64,000 nucleotides of DNA, taken from contig OX597838.1 in the NCBI GenBank assembly GCA_951406725.2, positions 19,096,001 to 19,160,000 on the forward strand. Reading direction: 5' to 3'. The DNA comes from Octopus vulgaris. Lineage: Eukaryota. A program made the position numbers and the translations under genes. Under the pieces are notes generated by a model. It did no database searches. It was not told where the DNA came from and saw only the letters and a list, made by a program, of their open reading frames with translations. This document shows positions 26,552-39,500 of the stretch, one piece after another (the stretch's first letter is position 1; each line of letters begins with the position of its first letter).

Positions 26552-26832
26552 ATTTTAATGCTCGGACTGGTAGGTACTGTCAGCTTCCAAATATACCATC
26601 TTCAAACTCACAAGCAAAAACACTCTACTGTACCAGTCTAATAGTCAGAGGTCCTCAAGTATTCAACGGCTTACTCAAACCAATTAGAAATATAAAAGGG
26701 ACCTCTACTGAAACTTTCAAAAAGGCATTGGATGAACTAACAACGATAGCAGACCAACCAAACATTCGAGAACACACTCAAGGGAGAACAGCAACTACAA
26801 ACTTAATCATCGACCAACTTTCAATCATAAAG
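26552..26832 (+). pseudogene. CR1/L2-group LINE ORF2 C-terminal relic
   Basis: RTGRYC...SLIVRGPQVFNGLLKPIRNI....ETFKKALD.....DQP......A.TN.I.DQ. Confidence 0.65.
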
Positions 26833-27151
26833 CGACCAAAAAAAAAAAAAATTATTGCGCTGCTCCAGCATGGCCACAGTCCAGCAACTGAAACCATTGA
26901 AAGAATAAAAGATTAGAAGAAAGAAGATATAAGACAAAGTATAAATAACAGTCGTTATGTATTTTTATGGTAGTAACTTTGCCTTACAGTTGTTTCCAGT
27001 AGTCATTATAGGTTCATTATTGATAGGTTTACTCAATTAGCCCATTGATTAGTTGAGAAGAACTGAACGACCTAAAGCATTAATGCTACTTTAGTTAATA
27101 TCTGGTTGTTTAATTTTCCTCAACCAATCAACAGGCTAATTGAGTAAACCT

Positions 27152-27545
27152 TTTACTCTTTACTCTTTTACTTGTTTCAGTCATGTGACTGTGGCCATGC
27201 TGGAGCACCGCCTTTAGTCAAGCAAATCGACCCCAGGACATTCTTTGTAAGCCTAGTGCTTATTCTATCGGTCCCTTATGCCGAACTGCTAAGAGACGGG
27301 GACGTAAACACACCAGCATCGGTTGTCAAGCGATGTTGGGGGGGACAAATACAGACACACAAACATACATATACATATATACACATATACAACGGGCTTC
27401 TTTCAGTTTCCGTCTACCAAATCCACTCACAAGGCTTTGGTCGGCCCGAGGCTATAGTAGAAGATGCCCAAGGTGCCATGCAGTGGGACTGAACCAGAGA
27501 CCATGTGGTTCGTAAGCAAGTTACTTACCAAACAGCCACGCCTAC
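27152..27545 (-). mobile_element. SINE family A
   Basis: Consensus match. Confidence 0.9.
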
Positions 27546-27822
27546 ACCCCACTTACTGGAAACAGCTGTAGGTCAAATTTACTACAATAAAGAAAAAATA
27601 TGCAATGGCCATTATTTATACCTTGTCTTGTATATCACTGTATAAAAACCAGTATAATTGGAGCACAACCACGGTTTTACAATATGGAATGGTAATGAAT
27701 CTTGGGCCCCGTCGCAAGAATACATAGAGTTCTTTACTAATCCAAATAAAATTGTTAGCCTGGTGTACTAACAGAGAGCTTAGAAAGTGTTTTGTGCTGA
27801 TTGATAATCCCTCACTAATAAC

Positions 27823-27859
<37 letters not shown>

Positions 27860-28049
27860 TCTTGAATTTGTAAAGAAAGTTTTGTTTGATTATGATTCGG
27901 AACCTGTTGAAACTTGTTTATAAAAGCTGCAAGTATCAGTCGCAATTCATTGATGCATAATCCTTTTGTGAAGAGTTAATAATCTCTCGATGAAGAGCAG
28001 AGCAATAACCTTAGTTTTGTGTATTAATTTTCTATACGATAAACCGATC

Positions 28050-28420
28050 ATGGGATAAAGCAAAGAACATATTTATCGCAAAGTGCTTTGCAAGATTTGT
28101 CAAAGTCGTATTGTAAATGAAGCAGCCGTAATGGTCGAAAAGGCTTATTGTTAAGATGCATTGAATAAAAGAACTTGCAGACATAGCAATTTCAATTTGC
28201 TTGACGAGCCTAAATCGAGATTTCCTTCTGAATTGGATGATGAAATACTAGAGGCAACAGGTGTTAGGAATCCTGTGATAGGGAGAGATATTTCCACTGA
28301 ATTTAATGCTAGCATTATGACCATTTCAAATCATTTGCTAGATTCGGTTTCAAAGTGGTAAAAAAATGGGCTCCTTGTGTTCTCTCAGCATTGAATCCTG
28401 AATAAAGGACTGATTGTTGT
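28050..28420 (+). pseudogene. Old mariner transposase N-terminal relic
   Basis: EAA..V.KAY...ALNKRTC...NFNLLDEPKSRFPSELDDEILEA....NP......EFN.S..TISNHL (mariner HTH1-HTH2 pattern). Confidence 0.6.
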
Positions 28421-29989
28421 GAATTACTATTGACATATAACCTTTGCAGCACTATTTTTAAATCAGATGAGTAGATTATTTACGCCACTTAGAAACAAAT
28501 AGAGGTTGATAATGGGAAGGTTTATCATCAGGTCCTCCTAGATGACTGAGCAACAGCTGGAACATTTCATGGAAACATCTGGAAACGAACAGGCTGTAAG
28601 AACAAGTCCTTTGCATGTCATGCAATCTTTGCAGATTGCATGACGTGTCGAGAAACCCCAGATGTGCGACAATATTGAGAAAAAAAAAAGGGGGGGGGGA
28701 CAAAGTTGAAAAAGGTGGTGAAGGTGAATTGTGCAACGTGGAGTGTCTAGGGGCCATCCAACATTATATGGGGCGATCGGGAGGAGAAAATGTGAGGGAA
28801 AGGGAGAGAAAAGGAGCAACTGACTGGGATGACGAGTAAACAAAGGTGTGAGTGGTGGTGGGAGGGGTTCATGCTGGTAGCTCAAAGGAAGGAAGACAAA
28901 AAGGAGAGCTGGGATGTTGAGGAAGCAGAGAAGTTGTTAGGGAGAGGGCTGTGAGTAAGGGAGGGCGCAAAGTGACAAGTAGATACTGGAAGATATTACA
29001 GAAGTAGAAAGATGCCAGAGGACTATCATAGATGCTGAGGTATTTGAGATGGATAAGAGTTCTTTCCCTCTTTACACACCCTAAAAAAATTCTAATCATT
29101 CCACATGTCTCCCATATTACTGATCTTTATGCACAGAATCCAAAATTTTCCAGTCTTACGGAACCTGTTAAAAGGATTTTGCTCCTGAAAAATGAATGTC
29201 ATGGAGCTCAAAAATGTGGGAGTTAATGCCCCTCTTGGGGGTGTCTTAATGTCAACCAGAGAAGTTGAATTGTTGAGAAGCTTTTTAACTTGGGTCTTAT
29301 ATGTATTGTTTCAATTTCTTTGAAATAGGAAATATATGTATGTTCACTGGGTTTGTAAAAGGGAGCAAAGCTACAGGAAACCAAAAGACGAATGATCACA
29401 ATAAGCAGTCAGCTACCCTACCCTAGTCATTACTACTCCCCAATGTAGGATTCCTCACCATACAGGTGACAGGCACAGCTGTGAGATGCATTACGGATCT
29501 ATAGCAATTGGAAGGGCATGACCTAACTCAAACATTAACAACTGTGTCACCTCTGGAGTTTGCAAATGACCACTATACCAATAGGTAACTGGACAGAATA
29601 AATTTACAATCTGTCTTTTGATAACCAGTCACTCATCTGGGAAGGCCTTGAAATCAATGTTACCATCGGGGAACAATGTGTAACCCAGTGATAATAAGAC
29701 TCAAAGGAGGTCTGCAACCAAATAACTTTACTCAACACTTTGCAACTGAATCAGTGGAGGCAAAGATGCCTTTCATTTACTTGACAATTTATGCAGCACA
29801 TTGCAGAAATCACAATCTAAGTATATCTCAAAGCAAACTCTTACACTGTTGTACCATTGAATTACAAATAACGCTCATCTTTTATGCTTGGGTGACCCTA
29901 TAGCTTCCAAGAATACAACTGCATTTGTCTTTGCTTAGATAAACTGACTAAATTGTGGGTGTTAAGTCTGCATGAAAGGGTCTTTCTAA

Positions 29990-30582
29990 CTTGTAAGAAG
30001 ATAAAGTTTTATAAATATTACTTCATTTGTGTCTAATATCTATGGTTAAAATTTCATCAACAGCAAAAATATATGAATTGTCATGGGGGTTATGATCCTT
30101 ATGCATAGAATATAATTTCCAAATTTCATAAAGATCCATTCAGTACTTCTGACTAAGTTTTGGATCATAAAAAATAACTAAAATTTGGGAGCTAAGGTCC
30201 CCATTAGGGGGTCTCAGAATCTTCATGAGAAGTGGAAACTTTGAGAATACTTCTTGATGTGTGTCAATTACCCATAGTTGAAATTTCATCAACATCAGAA
30301 ATTTACAAATTTTCATGGGGGTTCTGCCCCCTTTAAGCCATCTCAAATTCAAACCAAGCATACTGCATTATACCCGTTCTTATACATTGAATCTAAGTTC
30401 CAAATACCATAAGGATCCATTCAGCAATTTTGGGCCATGAAATAGTATGAAACACACAGCATTACCCTTCTCCCTAGGCTTGGATTTTGTGTTCCAAATT
30501 TCATTAGGATCGGTGCAGTAGATTTCGAATGTATAAGTAACACACGAACACACATAAAGACATTGACTTTTATATAATAGAT
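29990..30582 (-). mobile_element. Rolling-circle (Helitron/HINE-like) non-autonomous element relic
   Basis: Minus-strand 5' end ATCTATTATATAAAAG followed by a GT-rich tract and ...CCGATCCTAATGAAATTTGG; internal subrepeats (AAATTTCATCAAC..TCATGGGGG, CCAAAT..CATAA.GATCCATTCAG). Confidence 0.5.
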
Positions 30583-30613
30583 ATGAATATGCACATATAC
30601 ATACATGTATATA

Positions 30614-30648
<35 letters not shown>

Positions 30649-31480
30649 GAGCGTCAATAATACTTTAATTGTTCCACGTCCTGCGTTGCTGTGTTTTTTT
30701 CTCTTTTTTTCTGTGTTTTCTTGTTTGGATAAACTATATATATATATATAGTGTGTGTGTGTGTATATATATATACACACAAACATGCACATTCACACAT
30801 ATATATATAGTCACCTGTATGTATGTACTCTTCTTAAGAATTGCATCAGCTAATTATAGATTTCTGCCGGTAAACAGGTGTTATATGAATGACATCTGTA
30901 TGCATTTTTACATGATTTATACACATTTGGGGCTTTGTAACAGTCACGTACACACACCTCCCACATCCCAATAACCCCTTCCACCCATTACACTTAATTG
31001 CTTTCTCTTCTGTTGAGGTCTTGCCTTGATTTTTGCTGATGACTTTACCTGTTTAACACATGCATGCTATTCGTTGACCGGGATATGCACAAGTGCTTTG
31101 CTTCTGCGACAGATGGCTCTGGCTCTTAAAGACATGAGTGAAAGCAACCCTCTCCTCCTCCCCCCTACTCGTTCTCCTGGATAATGTAATTAGCCTGTCA
31201 CTAAGAACATTCCCACGTGATTTCATCAGTACTACAGTACGTTTCCCATTCTCAGCTCGGTGGCCTGGGAAACTGCTTTATTTTTTTTTGTATTTCTCAA
31301 CAAGTTAGGGTTAAGGGCTTTCATTCTTCCTTTTTGTTCATCTTTTTCCCTTTGTGTGTTTCACTTATTAGGCTGTGGCCATGGTGGGGCACCACCTTCA
31401 TCATCATCATCATCATCATCATCGTTTAACGTCCGTTTTCCATGCTAGCATGGGTTGGACGGTTCAACTGGGGTCTGGGA

Positions 31481-31711
31481 GGCGGCGAGCTGGCAGAATC
31501 GTTAGCACGCCGGGTGAAATGCCTAGCAGTATTTCGTCTGCCGTTGCGTTCTGAGTTCAAATTCCGCCGAGGTCAACTTTGTCTTTCATCCCTTCAGGGT
31601 CGATAAATTAAGTACCAGTTACGCACTGGGGTCGATGTAATCGACTTAATACCTATGTCTGTCCTTGTTTGTCCCCTCTGTGTTTAGCCCCTTGTGGGTA
31701 ATAAAGAAATA
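31481..31711 (+). mobile_element. SINE family B inserted in a family C repeat with a 20-bp TSD
   Basis: GGTTCAACTG(G/T)GGTCTGGGA at 31461-31480 and 31712-31731; family C halves at 31398-31480 and 31712-31842. Confidence 0.9.
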
Positions 31712-32324
31712 GGTTCAACTGTGGTCTGGGAAGCCAGGAGGCTGCGCCAGGCCCAGTCTGATCTGGCAGTGTTTCTACAGCTGGATGCCCTTCCTAACGC
31801 CAACCACTCCGTGAGTGTAGTGGGTGCTTTTTACGTGTCACCTTGAATTTATATTTTTAGTCAAATGAATTGAGCCCACTGTTTTGTTTTTTTGTAAGAA
31901 GCCTTGCTCTTAGTCTGTCAGCATCTTTTGCCAAACTGCATGTCGTAAACAAACCAACACTGGTTTTCAAGCAGAGTTGAGGATCAAATGCAGGCACATA
32001 GATATTTATATATATATATGAGGGGTTCTCTCAGTTTCCATCTTCCAAATCCACTCGCAAGGCTTTGTTCTTACTTGTACTTGTGGTGGCGTTCGCTCAG
32101 GGCGGGTTGAGCCAGCTTCTTCTCTGGTCCTGACGGCATCATGAACTATGGCAGCCCACGCTCGACAGTCCTGTGCGAGGTCACTGAAGATAGCGAGCCA
32201 TTTGTGGTTCCATCTGCGCAGACCTGCAGTTCCATCTGCGCAGACCTGAGAGTTCGGAAAGGTCCTCCTTTATCGTCGTTGCCCAGGTCTTCAGCTGCCC
32301 GCCTGTGCGTTTGTATATATATAT

Positions 32325-32615
32325 CACGTGATCACATGACCGACCAGACCATCAGATGTTGTTACACATCGCTGGTCACAATGCTTTCGCATTGTTTTAG
32401 CCTTTGAATGACGCCACCCCGCTGGCTAAGCGAGCAGGCCAACAGAAGAAAGAGTGGTGAAAGAGTACAGTAGGGATCACCACACCCTGCCGGAGCCTCG
32501 TGGAGTTTTTTTAGGTGTTTTCGCTCAATAAACACTCACAACGCCAGGTCTGGGAATCGAAACCGGGATCCTGCGACCGCGAGTCCGCTGCCCTAACCAC
32601 TAGGCCATTGCGCCT

Positions 32616-32617
<2 letters not shown>
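32325..32617 (-). mobile_element. tRNA-derived SINE sharing its head with family F
   Basis: Same tRNA-like head as 6979-7361 with a different 3' body. Confidence 0.8.
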
Positions 32618-32656
<39 letters not shown>

Positions 32657-34097
32657 GGTTGGCCCAAAAGTAGGTTTACAGTTATCACAAAGGCACTTTA
32701 AATTTCACCTAAAACATTTTATTACATTTAAATTTCTACCTTACAAACTGAAAAAAAAAGCTTGACAAAATTAACTAAACTAGCATAGAATAAAGGTTTC
32801 ATATTTTTTTATAATTAAGATCTGAACTGTTAATATACAAATGCAAAAGAGATAGTTGAATAACTGTGAACCTAGTTTGCTAGTTTATTTTGTCTCTGTC
32901 TTATCTCCTGGTGCTGTATGAACATTTAATGTGGTTTCAGAGTCAAGTTTTGGCTGCTATTTCTAGCGTGGTGGTATCTCTTAGATACCCTTAATTATAA
33001 TTTTAATAATTAATTATATTACCTTTGAGGCTTCTATTCCCATGCTAGCCACCTGATAAGATCACTATTTTAAATAACGATCTTATGCTTAGTTATATAA
33101 ATCAATATAAATATATGTAGGTACATATATATCTACATGTATAGATTAAAGCAGAAAAGAAAAGCCAAACAGTTTAGCACAATTTGACAAGGACATTTAA
33201 TTTAGTTACATAATAAAAGGTTCAGATAAAGGTTTAGATATACCTAATCCTTTTACCTTAACCTGTTTGCCTTTTCTTTTCTGCTTTAATCTATACCTAC
33301 TGACTCAAAGGGAAGCCACTTCTAGCCACTTCAGAAAGGCAGTCACAAAATCACATCAACTGCAGTTCAAACCAGAAATTCAGTGGCATACCAATTTGAG
33401 CATTCACAACAATCTATTAGCCTGAGTCACCTCTGACAAAAACTTTACAAGTCTTTTATATCATGTGTGTATGTACATACAAAGCTATATACATATGTTT
33501 GTATATATCTATATACATATATAAATGCACGTCTATACACATGTATAAATGTATGTATTTTGTCATGATAGATCGCTAGCCACTAAACCTTTTCTATAGG
33601 CTCGAAACGTAAGACTTTTTCATTTCCTGAGCATTAAACTAATACATCTATTTGTTGTTTACACACCCGCCTTCGTCTTATGTAAATTCTCATTATATAA
33701 TATATTCTTTTACTTGTTTCAGTCACTTGACTGCGGCCATGCCGGAGCACCACCTTTAGTCAAGCAAATCAATCCCAGGACTTATTCTTCGTAAGCCTAG
33801 TACTTATTCTATCAGTCTCTTTTGCCAAACAGCTAAGTTACGGGGAAGTAAACACACCAGTATCAGTTGTCAAGTGATGTTGAGGGGGACAAACACAGAT
33901 ACACACATATATATATATACAGGCTTCTTTCAGTTTCCGTCTACCAAATCCACTTAGCGTCCGTTTTCCATGTAGCATGGCCCAACGGGTCAACTGGGGT
34001 CTGTGAAGCTGGAAGGCTTCGTCAGGCCCAGTCAGATCTGGCAGTGTTTCTACGGCTGGATGCCCTTCCTAACGCCAATATATCATCATCATCATCA

Positions 34098-34561
34098 TAT
34101 ATATTTGTATGCACGTATTCTTTTACTGTTTTACTTGTTTCACTAATCTGACGGTCGGCCACGCTGGGGAGCACCACCTTAAAGGGCTTTAGTCAAAGAA
34201 ATCGACCCCAGGACTTATTCTATCATCTCCTTTGCCAAACTGCTAAGTTACAAGGGACGCAAACACACCAACATCAGTTGTCAAGCAATGGTGGGGGTGA
34301 CACACTGACACACAAAATACACACATACATTATATATATATATAAAGTAAAGGTAAAGATTCCTTCCTGAGTCACACCAATTCATAAGGGCCAGTTTCAT
34401 GGCATATATATATTCCCCACTTGGATGAGACGCCAGTCTGGAGCAGGACTACTCATTTTTGACAGCTGAGTGAATTGGAGCAATGCAAAATGAAGTGTTT
34501 TGCCCAAGAACACAATGCATTGCTCGGTCCAGGAATTGATTTATGTTCATCTATTTTGATT

Positions 34562-34597
<36 letters not shown>

Positions 34598-35203
34598 GCT
34601 TCTTTTTCAGTTTCCGTCTACCAAATCCACTTTGGTCGGCCCAAGGCTATAGTAGAAGACACTTGCCCAAGGTGCCATGCAGTGGGACTGAACCTGGAAC
34701 CACGTGGTTGGTAAGCAAGCTACTTACCACACAGCCACTCCTGCGCCTATATATAAATATATATATATATATTTGTATGCACGTATTCTTTTACTGTTTT
34801 ACTTGTTTCACTAATCTGACCTCGGCCACGCTGGAGCACCACCTTAAAGGGCTTTAGTCAAAGAAATCGACCCCAGGACTTATTCTATCATCTCCTTTGC
34901 CAAACTACTAAGTTACAAGGGACGCAAACACACCAACATCAGTTGTCAAGCAATGGTGGGGGTGACACACTGACACACAAAATACACACATACATTATAT
35001 ATATATATAAAGTAAAGGTAAAGATTCCTTCCTGAGTCACATCAATTCATAAGGGCCAGTTTCATGGCATATATATATTCCCCACTTGGATGAGACGCCA
35101 GTCTGGAGCAGGACTACTCATTTTTGACAGCTGAGTGAATTGGAGCAATGCAAAATGAAGTGTTTTGCCCAAGAACACAATGCATTGCTCGGTCCAGGAA
35201 TTG
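34098..35203 (+). repeat. Local direct duplication of a ~440-bp SINE composite (offset ~670)
   Basis: 34098-34539 is nearly identical to 34768-35203, including the junctions between different SINEs. Confidence 0.9.
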
Positions 35204-35262
35204 AAACCACAATTTTATGATCATGAGTCCAGCACCCTAACCACTAAGACACATGCCTCCAC

Positions 35263-36708
35263 TATACATGAAATTTTGATACAATATAAAGGACATAATG
35301 GAAATTAATATGCACAAGTCAAATTTTGCAACACCTCTACATCACATATGCAAAATGACATTGCTTAAATGGCAACCAATTTCAGCTTTGCACACCTGTG
35401 CTCTTTCCAAAACTTGCACCATGACATCCTCAAGAGTTTCAGACTTCACTTCTCTGATTTCTCTATTGCTGGAGATATGCTGTGACCGCAAAAACCCGGG
35501 CTGCTTCCTGCACCAGTTCCGCATAGCTCCAGGCCATTCAAAGTACCGTGGATTTCAGAACAACCTGCTGTGCTTGAGGAGACCTATTGAGTCAAGTACA
35601 TGAACATCGAAATAAATATCAAATGGAAATAGTAGTCGTGATACCTGTGCCAGTGGCACGTAAAAAGCACCACCCAAACGTGGCCGATGCCAGCGCCGCC
35701 TTGACTGGCTTCTGTGCCGGTGGCACGTAAAAAGCACCCACTACACTCACGGAGTGGCTGGCGTTAGGAAGGGCATCCAGCTGTAGAAACACTGCCAGAT
35801 CAGACTGGAGCCTGGTGCAGCCTCCTGGCTTTCCAGACCCCGGTCAAACCGTCCAACCCGTGCTAGCACGGAAAACGGACGTTAAACGATGATGATGTGT
35901 TCCTTAAGTTGTACCAGGGTTTCCAGTTTGTTGGTATAAACCCTCTCTTCCAGGTATCCCCACAAGAATAAACCTGGGCTCGTCAAGTCTGGGGAACATG
36001 AAGGCCAGTCGACATTGCTGTAGTGGGAGATTATTCTCTCTCCAAAGCACTGCCGTAACAACTGCATTGTTTCTCTTGTGGTATGAGCAGTTGCCCCATC
36101 TTGCTGGAACCATGTGTGAGGTCTCCCTTTGAATTGGCTGGGTGCAAAAAGGCCTCAATCATGGACACCTGAAAGAGAGGATTTACGTCAACAAACTGGA
36201 GACCCTGGTGCAACTGAAGGAGAACATCAATAGAGAAATCAGAAGTGGGGTCTGAAACTCTTGAGAGTGTTATAGTATAGTGCAAGTTTTGGAAAGAGTA
36301 CGGGCATGCAAAGCTGAAAATTAGTATTTAAACTGGCCATATCAGGCCAAAATATTTAATCTGTTTTATGTTCAAACTGACCAGATCCAGGCTCTCACAC
36401 CTACCCTACAATGTTATTCTACATTAAGTAATTACACCATCAAGATCTTGAAGATATGAGATAATGCATGATTAATTCAAATCAATGGGAATCAATAAGC
36501 ATTATGTTTGATAGAATAATCTGAACACTAAAGGGTTAAGCAATGGCATTTTTCATATGTGATGTAGCAGTGTTGCAAAATTTGACTTGTGCATATTAAT
36601 TTCCATTATGTATTTTATATTGTATCCAAATTTCATGCATTTATTTGTAAAGTTATGGACGTTATTAAAAATTGAAACCCATCAATGACTTTTGGGACAC
36701 CCTGCATA
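35263..36708. mobile_element. Two inverted copies of the 3' half of a Tc1/mariner-superfamily transposon
   Basis: Minus strand: WFQQDGATAHT..FGERIIS...WPSCSPDLTSPGLFLWGYLEERVY..REIR..ERAQVC..IGCHL. Plus strand from 36165: HLKERIYVNKLETLVQLKENINREIR. The TIR TTTTGGGACACCCTG-CATA ends near 36708. Confidence 0.8.
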
Positions 36709-36945
36709 TATAGAGAGACAGACAGATTTATTGCCCTACCTTATATTGGTACGATTCAGTCTGACCCCCCAAAAACTGATATTGCCAATTGGCATTATTG
36801 GGCTGTAGCTAGCATAATAGAATCGGAGTTTTTATATGCATATTCAAAACGTTTCCTGTAAATGAACATACGGTGTATATAAATCTTTATATACATGTGG
36901 GAGATAGATAGATACATAAGTGTTATGCATATATATAAATTTATA

Positions 36946-37154
36946 TACTCTTTACTCTTTTACTTGTTTCAGTCATTTGACTGCGGCCATGCTGGAGCAC
37001 TGCCTTTAATCGAGCAAATCGAGCCCGGGACTTATTCTTTGTAAGCCTAGTACTTATTCTATCGGTCTCTTTTGCCAAACCACTAAGTGACGGGGACATA
37101 AACACACCAGCATCGGTTGTCAGCAATGCTAGGGGGACAAACACAGACACACAA

Positions 37155-37189
<35 letters not shown>

Positions 37190-37318
37190 CATATATATAT
37201 ACGACGGGCTTCTTTCAGTTTCTGTCTACCAAATCCACTCACAAGGCTTTGGTCGGCCCGAGGCTATAGTAGAAGACACTTGCCCAAGCTACTTACCACA
37301 CAGCCACTCCTGCACCTA
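36946..37318 (-). mobile_element. SINE family A with an internal deletion in the head
   Basis: Consensus match; the deletion joins CCCAAG directly to CTACTTACC. Confidence 0.85.
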
Positions 37319-37540
37319 TATATGTGTTATATATATATATAAATCTATATACATGTGTTATATGTATATAAATCTATATACCGATATATGTATATATAAA
37401 TCTATAATTAAATATTTATAAATCTATATATATAGAGGTTATGCACATATATAAATCTATGTTATGGATATAAAGGTTATGCACATATAGCGGTTACGCA
37501 CATATATAAATCTATGTTATGGATATAAAATCTATACATA

Positions 37541-38054
37541 TCTATATATATAAAACTGTAGTTGTGTGAGTGTCTGTCCCCTTCGATTTAGATTCCTAAC
37601 TACTCCCACATTTTGCGGTGCAGTTTAACCAAATTCGGGTATCTTATAGTCGTGATTCATATCGAGCCCGTCTGAGTATTAGCGCGCGTCTACGATGAGT
37701 CTACGATTTAAAAAATAATTTAACATCATTTTTTATTCCATTTTAATGCATAATTTTTCGTGTGTCGATGGCGGTGGAGTTGGCATCCACGGTCACACCT
37801 GCACCTGTGTTGCTTCTCCCCCTTCTTCCCTCCCTCGTGAAGCTGTGGGGAAGGGAGTGTAAGGAAATCAATGTCGTAAACCGTTGTCAAGGAGACCAGC
37901 GTTCTTTTAGAACAACGACTTCATGGCTTGAAGACACCAAAACAGAAATGGCTAAGAAAGCCCGAATTGGCATCTATAAGGGAAGTAAGTCTCTAAAAAT
38001 GCTTATATAGTTATTTCCCTTACAAACCCGAACAACGCCGGGCGATACTGCTAG
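37541..38054 (+). mobile_element. Non-autonomous Helitron, complete
   Basis: 5' TCTATATATATAAAA; 3' GC-rich hairpin CCCG-aacaacgc-CGGG then CTAG; inserted between A (37540) and T (38055) with no TSD. Confidence 0.85.
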
Positions 38055-38739
38055 TGTATATATAAATCCAAAAGAATGTGTTATGTATGTTCTTTTATTT
38101 GCTTCAGTCATTTGATTGGGGCCATGCTGGGGCACTGCCTTGAAGGGTTTTTAGTTGAAGAAATTGACCCCAAGACTTATTCTTTGTAAACGTAGTACTT
38201 ATTCTACCAATCTCTTTTGCCGAACCGCTAAGTCACAGGGACGTAAACACACCAACATCAGCTATCAAGTGATGGTGGTGGGGGGGGACAAACACAGACA
38301 CACACAAACATATCTTACTCTTTTACTTGTTTCAGTCATTTGACTGTGGCCATGCTGGAGCACCACCTTTCAGTCGGAGAAATTGACTCCTGGACTTATT
38401 CTTTGTAAGCCTGCTGCTTATTCTGTCAGTGTCTTCTGCCAAACTGCTAAGTTATGGGGGTGGGGGCGCAAACACACAAACATCAATTGTCAAGCAATGG
38501 TAGTGGTGGTGGTGGTAAATACAGACACTAACACACACATAAATAAATATAAACATATATGACAGGCTTCTTTCAGTTTCCATCTACCAAATCCACTCAC
38601 AAAGCTTTGGTTGGCCTGAGGCTATGGTAGAAGACACCTGCCCAAGGTGCCACACAGTGGGACTGAACCAGGAATCGTGGTTGCTAAGCAAGCTACTAAT
38701 CACACAGCCACTCCTGCACTTATTTATATATATACATTT

Positions 38740-39285
38740 ATCTATCTATCTATCTATCCGCTCAGTCGAAGTCGACTCTCGGTTACTCGATGGATCAGTG
38801 TCTTCCAGTCAGTTCTATCCTGGGCCGCTTCTTTCAGATTGGCTATGTCCATTCCGGTATCACTCTTGATGGTGTCAAGCCAGCGGGTTCTTGCTCGGCC
38901 TCTTCCTCTCTTGCCACTGACCATTCCGAGCATGATGCCCTTCTCCAGGGATTTTCTCCGCATAATATGACCAAAATATGCCAATCTATGCTTGGTGATC
39001 CTAGCTTCTAGCGACATTTTCGGCCTGATCTGCTTAAGAGCTTCTCCATTGGTGAGCCTCACTGGCCATGGAATCCGTAAAAGTCTTCTCCAACACCAAA
39101 GCTCAAATGCATTAATTCTCTTCTGGTCAGCTTTCTTTAGTGTCCAGGTCTCGCATCCATATGTTGCTATTTGGAAGACAATTGCATTCACCAATTTGCA
39201 TTTGGTAGAGAGTCTGATGTATCTACTCTTCCAGACCCTACTCATGCTGACCATTGCCTCTCTGCCTAGTACTATCCACCGTCTT
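38740..39285 (-). mobile_element. 5'-truncated RTE (BovB-like) LINE with an open ORF2 C-terminus and (TAGA)n tail
   Basis: YGCETWTLKKADQKRINAFELWCWRRLLRIPW...LAYFGHIMRR..LEK.IMLG.V.GKR.RGR...RWLD; no stops; nested at an old SINE A. Confidence 0.9.
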
Positions 39286-39500
39286 ATATATATGCAAATA
39301 TGTAACAAGGATGTCCAAGTATCAATGCATTACGGCTGTTTCAAGCGGTTCTATTTAATCGATCAATGAAAACATTACATGAATTTGAAGGAAACCACTT
39401 TCGTCATATGTAGATGACCATATATAGATTTCCAATATAAAGGATAAGCCATTTTTAGCAAATTTATATTGGTACTAGAAACCAAAATAATTACATTGTT

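Noticed and set aside
32200-32265. CTGAAGA...GAAA as a hammerhead core
   Set aside because: I could not build stems I-III around it.
33575-33700. Hammerhead-like GCTCGAAACGTA in a probable Penelope pLTR fragment (related piece at 25550-25620)
   Set aside because: The CUGANGA half is missing, so it cannot be called a ribozyme.
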